NCBI GenBank assembly: GCA_040755455.1
Contig: JBFMAY010000001.1
Coordinates: 128,001-192,000, forward strand
Length of the DNA stretch: 64,000 nucleotides
From: Thermodesulfobacteriota bacterium
GTDB taxonomy: Bacteria; Desulfobacterota; Desulfobulbia; Desulfobulbales; SURF-16
Direction: 5' to 3'
In this document: piece by piece, positions 10,661 through 22,124 of the stretch
How the letters are laid out: the number at the start of each line of letters is the position of its first letter
Position numbering within the stretch: position 1 is the first letter of the stretch
The notes under the pieces: model-generated
The model's input: the letters and a program-made list of their open reading frames with translations, nothing else
Database searches by the model: none
What the model was told of the DNA's origin: nothing
Position numbers and translations under genes: made by a program

Positions 10661-12016
10661 TTACCCCTTAGTGCTCTGGTGTCGATTTTTGCCGTCCCTC
10701 CCTGGGTTGCGCTGGCATATTTTCAGCATGCATGCCGCTGCGCCGGCAAGCAGTGCCAGTCCCGCCAGGCAGCCGGCCTGATAGAGCTGGGGATTCAGTG
10801 ACAGAGCCTCCTGCTCCCCGCCGTCGGTAAAGACCTGGGGATTGCTGCTGATCAGCCAGGCCGAACGGATGAAAACAGCCACGAGCACCGTCAGCCAGGC
10901 GGCCATTGCCGTGAGAGAAAGCAGGCGGCTTGCCGGCGCAAGCAGCAGCGAGCGCAGGTGATACTGAACAAGCTGCGGCGCTGTTGCCTCGCCCGTGCCT
11001 GCGGTCAGCTGCATAAACAGCGCTTGCTGCGCCGCTCCCTGCCGCATGGCGAAGGCGAGTTTCACGGCAAGGGCCACGAGCAGAAAGGGAAAGAGTTTGA
11101 TGAGATCAGTCAGCCGGAGCGGGAGAGGGCCGAAAGGCGACTCGATGGCTTTGAGCCGGTCAGACAGGAGCGTGATCCTGGCCCTGGTGTCAGCGATACT
11201 CCTGGTTAAGCCGGCAAGCTGCTCTTCCTGGCTGCGGCGCTGCCGGTTGGTTTCCTCAAGCAGCTCGCGGACCCTGTTTTCCAAGGGGGCGAAGGACGAC
11301 TCGATGTTGTCACGGATACCGGCGGCCACGTCCACCTTGCCGCCACTTCCCCCATAGGAATGCCAGAAGTCGGGATCAATGGCGGCGATATTTTTTTTCA
11401 CCGCGTCTACCGCGTTTTTACATATCTCATTCAGATCCTTTGCCCCATTGGTGCCGGCGCTGTCGAGTGCACTCACCGGCCTCACCACCCTTGTCTCCAG
11501 TTCGGCGAGCAATTCGGCAAACCGGTTACTGACATACCAGTTGACCGCTGCGGCAAAACTGGTGATTTCCGCCGGCAAAGTGATGGTGCTCCCCGGCAGT
11601 TCCTGCTGCATGTACTGCTGCTGGGCATACTGGCCGTATTGCGGGATATCGGGGGTATGAGGGAATTGACCGGCCAAGGGGTTGTCCCGCAGGTCGAGGG
11701 CTCTCTGGAGATCAGGAAGCGCGCCCCGCAGCTGATCCGGGAACTGGCGAAGGTCCTCGCGTATTTCCTGCAGGGCTGCAGCGGCAGACTGCTTCGCCTC
11801 GTTTATTTTTGCCGCCTCCTGCGAAAGAACATTGATGGACTGGGCCATGGCGGGCAGGGAGTTCTGCAGGGACTGTTCCCTGATTTTGAGCTGGAAGTAG
11901 GGCTCTACCACATAAAAATGGGCGGCAAGGGCAAAAAAGAGACCGACCAGGAAAAGCCGGTTGATCTCCTTGATGCTGGACCGGTAATCATTGAGAATAA
12001 CGTCGGAATCTGCCAT
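10661..12016 (-). CDS. Hypothetical membrane protein (N-terminal TM, large coiled-coil-rich region, 3 C-terminal TM)
   Basis: Long ORF with purine-rich RBS (AAGGGGAGAGGG) before ATG 12016, 10 nt after the upstream stop. No family recognised. Confidence 0.75.
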   Translation of the reverse strand: MADSDVILNDYRSSIKEINRLFLVGLFFALAAHFYVVEPYFQLKIREQSLQNSLPAMAQSINVLSQEAAKINEAKQSAAAALQEIREDLRQFPDQLRGALPDLQRALDLRDNPLAGQFPHTPDIPQYGQYAQQQYMQQELPGSTITLPAEITSFAAAVNWYVSNRFAELLAELETRVVRPVSALDSAGTNGAKDLNEICKNAVDAVKKNIAAIDPDFWHSYGGSGGKVDVAAGIRDNIESSFAPLENRVRELLEETNRQRRSQEEQLAGLTRSIADTRARITLLSDRLKAIESPFGPLPLRLTDLIKLFPFLLVALAVKLAFAMRQGAAQQALFMQLTAGTGEATAPQLVQYHLRSLLLAPASRLLSLTAMAAWLTVLVAVFIRSAWLISSNPQVFTDGGEQEALSLNPQLYQAGCLAGLALLAGAAACMLKICQRNPGRDGKNRHQSTKG

Positions 12017-12026
12017 CCCTCTCCCC

Positions 12027-13547
12027 TTATTGCTTCTCAATTTTCCTCTGGCCGGCAATGTCACGCCCCATGCCGGTGAAGATCCACTGGCCTTTTTCCT
12101 TTGCGGCGTTCACCGACAATAGCAGGGTGATCAGGCTCCCGTCCCGGTGCAGGGCGGTTACCTCCTGCCGTTTGCCGATCATGCCGGCCCCGCCGCCGGC
12201 AAGGAATTGTTTGATATGCCGGTCATGCTCTGCCGCCACTGGCGGGGGCATAAGCATGGTAATGCTGCGGCCGATTGCCGCCTCCGGCCTGTAGCCGAAT
12301 ATTTCCGCTGCTGCCGGATTAAATGATGTGATGAGCCCCTGTTCGTCAATGCTGATGATCCCTTCCGTGGCGTTATCCAGCAGGGCCTGCAGGCGCATCT
12401 CCCGTTCCTGCAGTTTTTGCCGGGCGGCATTGCGTTGGGCTGTGACGCCGGCAAGCAGCCAGGCAGTGACGGCAAAGAGCAGCAGGAGAATGCCGTCGAT
12501 GAAGAGGAGGTTTCTGCCCAGGGGAATAGAGGAGCTTTCGCTTGCGATTTTTTTGGGCACCAATGAAATGAGTTTCCAGTAATGATTCTCATTTTCTCCT
12601 GAAAAGCAACCGCATGGCCCGGATGCGTTCAGGTAGGCCCTACTTGGCTCAAGTACGCTTAGCTGCGGGTAGAAGGTAATATGGGTGAAAAGACCAGCCT
12701 GGTCGGCGCTATGGCCGTTTTCCGTGAAGGAAATGCTTTCCCAGACAGAGGGGAAACGTGCCTGAAAGGTCTGGTCTTTCCTGTCAGGATACAGGAATCC
12801 CCATTCCGCCTGGGGAGTCGGGCCAAGGAGCCAGTACCCTTGCTTGTTGAGGAGATAAATGGCTCTCCGGCCATCTTCGGCAAGTTTTTTGAGCGGTTGC
12901 AGCAGGTGGCTGCCGAGATAGTTTAAAATAATGACGCCCCTCTTCTGGCCGGAACGGTCAAACACAGGGATGCCGAAGGTAATCACCGGGGCAGGCGGAT
13001 TGCCGATTTTGCCCGGGTCACTGTTCAGGGCAAACGGGGACATATAGAATTCGCCCTCCTGCAGCTTGAGGGTATTCACGAAATCGTCGCGGTTGGCCGC
13101 CTGCTGCAGCTCGTCTTTGGGGACAACCTGCGGGAGGCCGTTATTGTAGTTGATGCGGATGATTTCCATGCCCTGCCGGTCAATAAAGCGGAGTCGGTCA
13201 TAGATCTGCCGGTGGCTGGCGAAGGCAAGAAATTCGGCTGAGAGGGCGGTGCAGGAATTTTTTGTTCCACTGTCAAGAAAGGCGGGCATCTCCTGGTGGG
13301 ACGACAGAACCCTCAGGTCCGAGACAATGGCTTTGAGGGAGTTCCGTAATGTTTCCCGCTGGTTTTCCAGCAGGAACAGTTCATTGTTTTTCAGCAGTTC
13401 CTCTCTGGCGGCTGATTCTTGCTGGTAAAAGATGATGGAAAGCACGGCAACAACAAGGGTGGCCGGCAGAAAAATAACAAGAAAGTTTTTGAGGCGGGCC
13501 TTGTTATTTCCCTTGGGGATGTGTGAAAAACTCGTGCCGTTCATCAT
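12027..13547 (-). CDS. dCache plus FixL-like PAS sensor protein with no output domain
   Basis: TM-periplasmic Cache-TM, then PAS (NPAAAEIFGY...MLMP....EHD); stops right after the PAC motif. Confidence 0.8.
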   Translation of the reverse strand: MMNGTSFSHIPKGNNKARLKNFLVIFLPATLVVAVLSIIFYQQESAAREELLKNNELFLLENQRETLRNSLKAIVSDLRVLSSHQEMPAFLDSGTKNSCTALSAEFLAFASHRQIYDRLRFIDRQGMEIIRINYNNGLPQVVPKDELQQAANRDDFVNTLKLQEGEFYMSPFALNSDPGKIGNPPAPVITFGIPVFDRSGQKRGVIILNYLGSHLLQPLKKLAEDGRRAIYLLNKQGYWLLGPTPQAEWGFLYPDRKDQTFQARFPSVWESISFTENGHSADQAGLFTHITFYPQLSVLEPSRAYLNASGPCGCFSGENENHYWKLISLVPKKIASESSSIPLGRNLLFIDGILLLLFAVTAWLLAGVTAQRNAARQKLQEREMRLQALLDNATEGIISIDEQGLITSFNPAAAEIFGYRPEAAIGRSITMLMPPPVAAEHDRHIKQFLAGGGAGMIGKRQEVTALHRDGSLITLLLSVNAAKEKGQWIFTGMGRDIAGQRKIEKQ

Positions 13548-13680
13548 GAAAAAACCCTGTGCTGGAGGAGGTAAGCAACCTCTGTAATTCTATTGGCAAA
13601 ACCGGGACATGGCAAGGCAAATTCCGGGGGGTGTTCTTTTCTTGCTTTACCATTGATAATAAGTGCTATAAATTGAATGC

Positions 13681-16600
13681 ATGAATTGTTCCGATATAAC
13701 ACTTACTCAGGATAACTCCCCGCGTTTGCTTAAAAATGTCGTCTTGTTCGGCGTCAGCATCGGCCTGTTTCTCCTTTCTCTGTCCTGGTGGTCCTTCACG
13801 AAAATGAATGCGGAAAGGGCTCTCTATCGATCTCTGCAGCAGGAAATGCTTGCCCTGGAAAAGGATGTCAACCGGGTGGTGCTGCTGGAACGGGACGTCA
13901 TTAATCAGCTCCAGGAAAAAGGGCAGCCGGAGGTTGGGGGGAGCAAGCAGCCGGATTTGTCGGACGTGCTGGGCAAATACCAGCATCTGGCTGATAAGAC
14001 CCGGACCGGAGGACTTTTTGCGGATTTCCGGCAGGCCATGCAGAGCCTGGAGGAAATCCGGACACAGAGCGCTGACTGGCGCCGCCGTTACAATCTGCTC
14101 CTCGATGAGCACATGCAGGTTGCCGGGGCGCATCACGATCTGCTGGCCGGGATCCAGCAGGAGCTTGCCGCGCTTGAAGAGCGGCAGCGGAAAAAGGCGG
14201 GAGGCGGGCCGGACAGGTTGCTCCGCAGGGACCGGCAAAGCGGGGGCCCTCTTCGGCAGGGGGTGGAGGAAAATGAGCTACTTGTCACCCTTGCCCGGAT
14301 GCGTCATGATGTGGAGACACTTGCCCTCCTCAGTGAATTGATGGCAGTGGAGAGGGACCCGGCCCATCTGGACACCATGCAAAGCAAGCACATGCAGAAG
14401 CTGCTGGCTGAGATTGCCGGCAGCATGCATTTCCTCAACCAGCATATGCCGGGCGAGCTGGTGGTGCTTACCGGGCAACTGGACCGGTTTGCCGCGGGTT
14501 TCTGGGGGGGGGATTACCGGCAAGGGCCGGAAGGCGACATCATCGCCCCCGGCCCGGGCAGCTTTTATCATTTCCACCGGCAGCGGATCGTGCTTGAACA
14601 GGAGCATGAGCAACTGAAGGATCATCTGTTCCAGGATTTCATGGTCGTCCGCACCGCCCAGCAGAATTTGACGGACAGGGCCGGCAAATATCTGGAAATG
14701 GAAAGCCGCAGGATGCAGAAGACCCAGGACCGCACCTGGCTGATCATTGTCCTGACCAGTCTTGCCCTGGCGTTTCTTTTTCTGCTCTTTTCGCGCAGAA
14801 TCATCCGCATCTGTGAAAAAAGGATTGCGGAACGCAGCGCCATGATCAGCGAGCTCGGGAATTCCCACCGCCTGCTTGAGCGGATTTTTCAGACAGCCGG
14901 CAACGGCTTGCGCATGATTGATAAGGATTTCAAGGTATTAATGGTCAATGATGTCTTTGCTGCATTGACGGGGATGAATAAAGAGACCATGGTGGGCGAC
15001 AAATGTTTTGAGGAATTTCCCGGTCCATACTGCCATACCGCCCAGTGTCCCCTTCTTCTTCTGCGGGATGGCCAGGAAAGAATTGAGTTTGCCGTGGAGA
15101 AAACCCGGGCCGACGGGAAAGTGGTCACCTGTCTGCTCAGGGCCAGCCCACTGCGCAATGAACAGGGTGAGTATCTGGGCATTATCGAAGATTTCCAAGA
15201 TATCAGCGATGCGCTGCTGGCGGAGAAGACCCTGCGTCAGGCCAAGGAAGAGGCGGAGGCGGCCAATGCGATCAAGAGCGAATTCCTGGCCAACATGAGC
15301 CATGAAATACGCACCCCCTTAAACGGCATTATGGGCATGACCGACCTGGTGCTGAGTACCCAGCTCTCTTCTGATCAGCGCCGGTTTGTGGAAATGGTGA
15401 AAACCTCCGCCAACCGGCTGCTGGATGTGGTCAATGAAGTGCTTGATTTTTCCAAGATTGAGGCCGGTTCCTTGGAAATTGAACATATTCCGTTCAGCCT
15501 GTCTGATGTCGTCGGTAACTCATTGCATATTCTGGCCTTCAAGGCCCAGGACAAGGGTCTGCAGCTCACCTATGAAATGGAGCATGAGCTCGTTGACGGT
15601 TTTATCGGTGATCCGGGCCGCCTGCGGCAGATTCTTGTCAGTCTGGTGGGCAACGGCATTAAATTCACCAGGGAGGGAAAGGTTACGGTTACGGTAAGGC
15701 GCGTTAAACCGGATGAGCATCCTGAACGGATAATGATGGAGCAAGGGGTGAGGGACATGGCCCTGCATTTCACCGTGGCGGATACCGGCATCGGCATCGC
15801 CCCTGAGGTGCAGGAAAAGATTTTCAAGGCCTTCAGCCAGGTTGACGGTTCCTTTTCACGCAAACATGGCGGCGCCGGGCTTGGGCTGGCCATCTGCGCC
15901 GAACTGGTTGCCATGATGGGTGGCGAAATATGGCTGGAGAGTCAGGCGGGGGCCGGAACCACCTTTCATTTTACTCTGCTCCTGCAGACCCAGGCCGTGC
16001 AAGCCCAAAAGTTCGAGCCCCTGCCGCTCAGTGTTCTGCAGCGCATGACCTTTCTGTTGGTTGCCAGCAATGCCTCGGGCCGTATTGTGTTAAAGGAGAT
16101 GCTCAGTGAATGGGCGGGAGAGGTTCTCATTGCCAGTTCAGCTGCCGAGGCCCTGCAGATGGCGGCCGCAAGACAATTCAACGTCGTCATCCTGGATTCA
16201 CTGCCTGCGCATGATCAGCTGTTTGCCGTTGCGCAGAGGCTGCACCACATTGACGCCAATGCCAGGATCATCATGCTGACCGCCGCCGGCCAGCGGGGTG
16301 ATGCGCTGCGCTGCCGGGAGGTCGGCATCGTCTCCTATCTGCTCAAGCCGGTGAGCAAGACCGAACTGCTTGAGGCGATGCGCACGGTGCTGAGCAGACC
16401 GGGAGCGGACGGGATGGAGCTGCCGCTGGTGACCCGGCATTCCATCAGGGAAAATCAGCACACGCTCAATGTGCTGCTGGCGGAAGATGAGGAGATCAAC
16501 AGGGTGCTGGCCGTTGAACTGATCCGTGGGGAAGGATGGCGGGTGACCACGGCGGAAAACGGCAGGCAGGTTCTCGATGCCCTGAAGAATGATTCCTTCC

Positions 16601-17226
16601 ATGTCATTTTAATGGACTTGCAGATGCCGGAAATGGACGGATTCGAGGCGGTCTCGCTGATCCGCAAAAGGGAGAAGCAGAGCGGGCAGCATATTCCGGT
16701 TATCGCCTTGACCGCCCATGCCATGACCATCGACCGGCAGAGGTGCCTTGATGCGGGAATGGATGGTTATGTGGCCAAGCCCATCGACAGGCAGATCCTC
16801 AAGCGGGAAATTGAGCAGGTCCTCGGAATGGACCTGACCATGAAAACAGTGACCCTCACCCCGAAGAAAAAGGGAACGGAATTTATTGATTACGATGCCT
16901 TCCTCTATGAAAGCTGTAACGGCAAAGTGGAGCTTGCCAGAAAACTGCTCAGACACCTGCTGCAGGTGAGCGGCCCCCAGTGGCTGAAAGAGGCTGAGGC
17001 GGCGGTGGCGGCCGGTGATGCGGCGAGGATTAGAAAGGTATGCCATTCCCTGAAGGGTACCGCTGCCACGGTTTGCGCCCATGCCTTTTCCGAAGCCGGG
17101 GCGGAGCTGGGCCGGCTTGCCCGGGAAGGCAGAATGAATGAGACGCCCAGAGGGCTCGAAGGGCTCAAGAAAGAATTTAACCGGATTGTGGAATGGGCCA
17201 GGTCCAGCGAGCTTGATCTGATTTAA
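13681..17226 (+). CDS. Hybrid sensor histidine kinase (large periplasmic domain, PAS, HisKA, HATPase, degenerate REC, REC, HPt)
   Basis: [42 protein letters not shown]. Confidence 0.93.
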   Translation: MNCSDITLTQDNSPRLLKNVVLFGVSIGLFLLSLSWWSFTKMNAERALYRSLQQEMLALEKDVNRVVLLERDVINQLQEKGQPEVGGSKQPDLSDVLGKYQHLADKTRTGGLFADFRQAMQSLEEIRTQSADWRRRYNLLLDEHMQVAGAHHDLLAGIQQELAALEERQRKKAGGGPDRLLRRDRQSGGPLRQGVEENELLVTLARMRHDVETLALLSELMAVERDPAHLDTMQSKHMQKLLAEIAGSMHFLNQHMPGELVVLTGQLDRFAAGFWGGDYRQGPEGDIIAPGPGSFYHFHRQRIVLEQEHEQLKDHLFQDFMVVRTAQQNLTDRAGKYLEMESRRMQKTQDRTWLIIVLTSLALAFLFLLFSRRIIRICEKRIAERSAMISELGNSHRLLERIFQTAGNGLRMIDKDFKVLMVNDVFAALTGMNKETMVGDKCFEEFPGPYCHTAQCPLLLLRDGQERIEFAVEKTRADGKVVTCLLRASPLRNEQGEYLGIIEDFQDISDALLAEKTLRQAKEEAEAANAIKSEFLANMSHEIRTPLNGIMGMTDLVLSTQLSSDQRRFVEMVKTSANRLLDVVNEVLDFSKIEAGSLEIEHIPFSLSDVVGNSLHILAFKAQDKGLQLTYEMEHELVDGFIGDPGRLRQILVSLVGNGIKFTREGKVTVTVRRVKPDEHPERIMMEQGVRDMALHFTVADTGIGIAPEVQEKIFKAFSQVDGSFSRKHGGAGLGLAICAELVAMMGGEIWLESQAGAGTTFHFTLLLQTQAVQAQKFEPLPLSVLQRMTFLLVASNASGRIVLKEMLSEWAGEVLIASSAAEALQMAAARQFNVVILDSLPAHDQLFAVAQRLHHIDANARIIMLTAAGQRGDALRCREVGIVSYLLKPVSKTELLEAMRTVLSRPGADGMELPLVTRHSIRENQHTLNVLLAEDEEINRVLAVELIRGEGWRVTTAENGRQVLDALKNDSFHVILMDLQMPEMDGFEAVSLIRKREKQSGQHIPVIALTAHAMTIDRQRCLDAGMDGYVAKPIDRQILKREIEQVLGMDLTMKTVTLTPKKKGTEFIDYDAFLYESCNGKVELARKLLRHLLQVSGPQWLKEAEAAVAAGDAARIRKVCHSLKGTAATVCAHAFSEAGAELGRLAREGRMNETPRGLEGLKKEFNRIVEWARSSELDLI

Positions 17227-17337
17227 CAACAGGCACAAGGCAAAAGGGAAAAGTGGGAAGTGAGAAGAAAAACCTTTACACAAAATTCATGCGAGAGCAT
17301 CATTTCTTGCCTTATGGCTCCTGACTACTAAAAAATC

Positions 17338-18597
17338 ATGTTCAAATTCCTCCATACCGCCGACATTCACCTGGACAGCCCGTTGAAAGGCCTGGAGTCC
17401 TACGGGGACGCCCCGGTGGCAGAGATCCGCGGGGCCTCGCGCCGGGCCTTTGACAACCTCGTTGCCTGCGCCATCGACGAGGAGGTCGATTTTATCCTCA
17501 TTGCCGGCGATCTGTATGACGGGGAGTGGAAGGATTACAACACCGGCCTCTTTTTCGTCAACCGCATGGGCCGTCTGCGCAGGGCCGGCATCCGGGTTTT
17601 CATCGTCGCCGGCAATCATGATGCCGCAAGTCATACCACCAGGACATTGCCCCTGCCGGATAATGTCAACCTCTTTTCCGCGAAAAAGGCGGAGACAAAA
17701 CTGCTGGACGAACTTAAGGTGGCCATCCATGGCCGGAGCTATCCTGCCAGGGCCGTCAGCGACAACCTCGCTTTACAGTATCCGGCCAAGCATGCCGGTT
17801 ATTTCAATATCGGCCTGTTGCATACCGCCCTCACCGGGCGCGTTGGCCATGAACCCTATGCGCCCTGTGCGCTGGATGACCTGCGCGCCAGAGCATACGA
17901 CTACTGGGCCCTTGGTCATGTGCACCAGCCGGAGGTGGTGGCGCGGGACCCATGGATCATCTTTCCGGGTATTATTCAGGGCCGCCATATCCGGGAGGTT
18001 GGTGCGAAAGGGGCTGCGCTGGTAACCGTTGAGGAGGGCAGGGTGACGGCGGTGGAACAGCGGGAATTTGATGTGCTGCGCTGGGCCCTGGGCCGGGTTG
18101 ATGTATCGGCCTGCACGACGGTTGATGCGGTTTTCGGCCAGGTGCGGCAGGCGATTGAGGCGGAGCGGATGGCAGGGGATGGCCGGCCGCTGGCCATGCG
18201 GCTGATCCTGGCCGGCGTCTGTACCGTGCATGCCGAGCTCATCGACCGCTCCGCCCGGCTGATCGAGGAGCTGCGCGGCGTGGCCGCGGCCAGCGGGGAG
18301 GTGTGGCTGGAGAAGGTGCTGGTGCAGACCCGGCGCGGGACGGAGCTGGCCGCAGTGGTCGGCCGGGATACCGCCCTGGCCGGTCTGCTCCGCACGCTGG
18401 ATGATCTGCCGCTGCGTGCCGAGGCGCTCTTTGCCCTGGTGCCGGAGCTGGCGGCGTTGAAAAGCAGACTGCCCATTGAGCTTTTTGAGGGTGACGAACC
18501 TTTCCTGGCCCCTATTCCGGAGCAGATAGAGGCTTTGCGGGCCGAGGTCAAAGAGCTGCTGGGGGCCAGACTGCTGCGGCATGGAGACCAGGGATGA
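17338..18597 (+). CDS. Mre11/SbcD-like (YhaO) metallophosphoesterase DNA repair exonuclease
   Basis: HTADIHLD, AGDLYD, GNHD, LLHT, ALGHVH, QGRH motifs. Confidence 0.93.
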   Translation: MFKFLHTADIHLDSPLKGLESYGDAPVAEIRGASRRAFDNLVACAIDEEVDFILIAGDLYDGEWKDYNTGLFFVNRMGRLRRAGIRVFIVAGNHDAASHTTRTLPLPDNVNLFSAKKAETKLLDELKVAIHGRSYPARAVSDNLALQYPAKHAGYFNIGLLHTALTGRVGHEPYAPCALDDLRARAYDYWALGHVHQPEVVARDPWIIFPGIIQGRHIREVGAKGAALVTVEEGRVTAVEQREFDVLRWALGRVDVSACTTVDAVFGQVRQAIEAERMAGDGRPLAMRLILAGVCTVHAELIDRSARLIEELRGVAAASGEVWLEKVLVQTRRGTELAAVVGRDTALAGLLRTLDDLPLRAEALFALVPELAALKSRLPIELFEGDEPFLAPIPEQIEALRAEVKELLGARLLRHGDQG

Positions 18598-21500
18598 GGA
18601 TCAAACGGCTCGAACTGAAGGCCTTTGGACCTTTCACGGACCGGACCCTGGAGTTTCATGGCGAAAGATTTGGTCTGCATGTCATCTATGGTCCCAATGA
18701 GGCGGGCAAAAGCAGTTGCCTGCGCGCCCTGAAGGCCTTGCTCTACGGCTTTCCGGAAAGGACGGCGGACGGGTTCCATCATCCCAATGAAAATCTGCTG
18801 CTTGCCGGCGGACTGCTGACCGATGACGGCCGGGAGATTTTCTTTCAGCGCCGCAAGAAAAGAAAGGCGGATATCCTGGATGCGGCGGGCAATCCGCTGG
18901 CCGATGGCGCCCTGGCCGGCTTTCTCCCCGTCAAAGACCAGGGGCTGTTTGAGTCCCTGTACGGCATTGATCATGCCGTGCTGGTGCAGGGCGGGGAGGA
19001 TATCCTGGCCCAGAAGGGCGAGGTCGGACAGGCCCTTTTTGCCGCGGGCTCCGGCATCTCCTCCCTGCGTTCCATTCTCGATGACCTTGAGGCGGAGGCT
19101 GAAGAGCTGTTCAAGGCTCGGGGATCAAAGCAGCAGCTCAATACGGCCATAGCCGAGTACCGGGACCTGCAGAGGACGGTCAAGCAGGCCAGCCTTTCCA
19201 GCCGGCAGTGGCAGGAGCACCAGCACAAGCTCGACCAGGCGGTCAAGGAACGGCAGCGGCTGCAGGATGAGCGCGAGGCAAAACAGCAGCAGGTGTATCA
19301 TCTGGAGCGGTTAAAACGGGCCATTCCTTTTCTTGCCAGGAGGGTGGAGCTTACGCAGCGGCTGCAGGAGCTGGGTGAGGTAAAGCTGTTGCCTCTCGAT
19401 CTTGCCGACAAGAAGCGGGAGGTGGAACAGCAGCTCCGCGAAGCAGAGCTGCAGCGGCGCAAGGACTGCGGCAGTCTGGAAGTCCTCCGCCGGAAAAAGG
19501 AGGGGGTGGCGCTTAATCAGATGCTGCTTGAGCACGCCGGGGCCATTGCTGATCTGCACCAGCGCCTGGGCGAATACCGCAAGGGGGCGCGGGACCGGAT
19601 AAGACTTGCGGGAATGCGGACCAGCGACCGCATGGAGGCGGCGGAGCTGCTGAAGCGCATCCGGCCGGACCTGCCGCTGGCGGATGTCGAGTTGCTGCGG
19701 CCGGTGCTGCTCAGGAAAAAAACAATCCAGGAGCTGATCAACAGTCACCATACCCTGGAGCTGCAGGTAAGCCAGGCCGCGAAATATGCCGGGGAGGCAA
19801 AACGGCAGCTCGAGGCCGTTGCCGCAGCCCTGGCCAAACTGCCGGCGGCTAAGGATGCCGGCGCCCTGGCCCAGGCGGTGAAAGCAGCCGGCAAGGCCGG
19901 GGCCATCGATGCCGAGATCAAGGCGAAAATCCGTGAGATTGCAAGTGACAGCAAGGGGTGCGCGGCGGATCTCACCCGGCTGGGCCGCTGGACCGGTGAG
20001 CTGCAGCGGATTGTTGATCTGCCCCTGCCCCTGCCGGAGACGGTCAAGGGCTTTGCTGGCCGTTATCAGGAGCTGGAAGAGGCCGGGCGGCAGCTGGTCA
20101 AGGAGAACCGGGAGACAGACCGGGAGTTGCGCCAGGCGGCAGCCGACAGGAAAAGGATTGAATACGGCGGGGAGGTGCCCACCGAAGAGGAGCTTGCCCG
20201 GGTACGCGGCAAGCGGGACCATGGTTGGGGGTTGCTGCGCCGGAAGTGGCTGGCGGGAGAAGAGGTGGACCGGCAAAGTCTGGAGTATGACCCGCTGCTC
20301 GCTTTGCCGGACGCCTATGAAAAATATGTGTCTGACGCCGATACGCTTGCCGACCGCCTGCGCCGTGAGGCGGACCGGGCGGCCGCTTTTGCCGCCGTCA
20401 GGGCCCGGCTGGAGAGTCTTGCGGCGGCTAGGCAGGAGCTCGACCGCCGGCAGGAGGAACTTGCCGGGCAGCGGCGGGACTTGGCCACTGCCTGGCGGGA
20501 GATCTGGCGGCCAAGCGGAGTCGAACCTCTTTCACCCGCGGAAATGGCCGACTGGCTCAATGAGGTGACGGTCATTCGCGCCAGGGTGAAGGAGATCGGC
20601 AAAAAGCAGCAGGAGGTTGACGAAAAAAAAGAGCTGCGACAGAGTCTGCAACAAGGCCTGATCACCGAGCTGCAGCAGCTGGGTGTGGCCACGGATTTCA
20701 CCTCGGATGAGCTGGAGCCGGTCATCATTTTCAGTGAAACGGTGGTGGCGCAACATACGGCAAATCAGGCCGGACGAGAAAGGCTTTACGAGAAGAAACA
20801 GGAGGTTGCGGAGAGCCTGGACAGGAGCGGCATTGATCTGGCGGCGGCCCGACAGGCCTTAACGGAGTGGCGGGACGCATGGCGGGAGGCCGTGCAGGGC
20901 TTGGCGGCAGCCGGCGGCGGGGTGGAGCCGGCTGATGCCAGCGCGATGCTTGATGACCTGCAGGGTTGCTTTGCCAAGCTCAAGGAAGCCGAAGGATACC
21001 GCCAGCGCATCACCGGAATTGACCGGGATGCCGGGCAATATGAGCAGGAGGTGCGAAGTCTCCTGCAGCGTGTGGCCCCAGAGCTGGGCGAGGCCCAGCT
21101 GGAACAGGCGGTGACCAGGCTGCAGGCCATGCTGGGCAAGGCAAACGAGGATAAGGCCCTGCTGGCCAAATATGCGGAGGACATGGAAGGCCTGGAAGGG
21201 GAAATCCGCCGTGGCGAAGAAACCCTGCAAAGCCTGCATGGCCAGATGGATGGTTTCTTCAGGCTGGCCGGCTGTCAGGACAGCGTCGCGCTTGACGCGG
21301 CGATTTACCAGTCGGCCGAGTGGCGCGAGATCAAGAAGATGCTCGTTGAGGTCGAGACAACCCTGGCCGGGATTGGCGAGGGACTTGCCCTGGCGGAAAT
21401 CGTCCGGCAGGCGCACGGTCTGCAGCCGGCCGAGCTGCCGGGGCAGATCGACGCCATCAAAAGAGAGATCAGGGAAGAGCTGAGTCCGCGGATTGATGAG

Positions 21501-22103
21501 CTTTTCGAGGTAATCGGCCGGGAAAAAAACGAACTGGGGAAAATGGACGGCAGCTCCCCTGCCGCCGAGGCCGCGGAGAACTCCGAGCAGGTGCTGGCCA
21601 GGATCCGGCGGCTGGCTGACCGCTATGTGCGGTTAAAGCTTGCGGCAGGGCTGCTGCAGCAGGAAATCGAGCGATACCGGGAGGAGCATCAGGACCCGAT
21701 CCTCAAGCTTGCCGCAGGCTATTTCCGGCAATTGACCATGGGCTCTTTTACCGGCCTGCGCCCCGATATCGCTGACAACGGCCAGCCTGTGCTTGCCGGC
21801 CTGCGCTCTGAAGGGGCGCCGGTGGTCTATGTGCAGGGCATGAGTTCCGGCACCCGTGATCAGCTCTATCTTGCCCTGCGGCTGGCCACCCTGGAATGGC
21901 GCCTGCAAGACGGGGAAACGATGCCCTTTATCGTTGATGACATTCTCATCAATTTTGATGACGAGCGGGTGAAGGCGACCATCAAGGTATTGGCCGGCCT
22001 GGCGGAAAAAACCCAGGTGATTCTCTTCACCCACCACCGGCAGGTGGTGGAGGATGCCCGGGGACTGGCGGGCAAAGCGCACATCCAGATCCATGAGCTG
22101 TAA
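18594..22103 (+). CDS. YhaN/AAA_27 family Rad50/SbcC-like coiled-coil ATPase
   Basis: Walker A GPNEAGKS, long coiled coil, signature MSSGTRDQ, Walker B PFIVDD, FTHH. ATGA overlap with the upstream gene. Confidence 0.92.
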   Translation: MRIKRLELKAFGPFTDRTLEFHGERFGLHVIYGPNEAGKSSCLRALKALLYGFPERTADGFHHPNENLLLAGGLLTDDGREIFFQRRKKRKADILDAAGNPLADGALAGFLPVKDQGLFESLYGIDHAVLVQGGEDILAQKGEVGQALFAAGSGISSLRSILDDLEAEAEELFKARGSKQQLNTAIAEYRDLQRTVKQASLSSRQWQEHQHKLDQAVKERQRLQDEREAKQQQVYHLERLKRAIPFLARRVELTQRLQELGEVKLLPLDLADKKREVEQQLREAELQRRKDCGSLEVLRRKKEGVALNQMLLEHAGAIADLHQRLGEYRKGARDRIRLAGMRTSDRMEAAELLKRIRPDLPLADVELLRPVLLRKKTIQELINSHHTLELQVSQAAKYAGEAKRQLEAVAAALAKLPAAKDAGALAQAVKAAGKAGAIDAEIKAKIREIASDSKGCAADLTRLGRWTGELQRIVDLPLPLPETVKGFAGRYQELEEAGRQLVKENRETDRELRQAAADRKRIEYGGEVPTEEELARVRGKRDHGWGLLRRKWLAGEEVDRQSLEYDPLLALPDAYEKYVSDADTLADRLRREADRAAAFAAVRARLESLAAARQELDRRQEELAGQRRDLATAWREIWRPSGVEPLSPAEMADWLNEVTVIRARVKEIGKKQQEVDEKKELRQSLQQGLITELQQLGVATDFTSDELEPVIIFSETVVAQHTANQAGRERLYEKKQEVAESLDRSGIDLAAARQALTEWRDAWREAVQGLAAAGGGVEPADASAMLDDLQGCFAKLKEAEGYRQRITGIDRDAGQYEQEVRSLLQRVAPELGEAQLEQAVTRLQAMLGKANEDKALLAKYAEDMEGLEGEIRRGEETLQSLHGQMDGFFRLAGCQDSVALDAAIYQSAEWREIKKMLVEVETTLAGIGEGLALAEIVRQAHGLQPAELPGQIDAIKREIREELSPRIDELFEVIGREKNELGKMDGSSPAAEAAENSEQVLARIRRLADRYVRLKLAAGLLQQEIERYREEHQDPILKLAAGYFRQLTMGSFTGLRPDIADNGQPVLAGLRSEGAPVVYVQGMSSGTRDQLYLALRLATLEWRLQDGETMPFIVDDILINFDDERVKATIKVLAGLAEKTQVILFTHHRQVVEDARGLAGKAHIQIHEL

Positions 22104-22124
22104 CGGAGCGCGGGCGCCAGCCGG

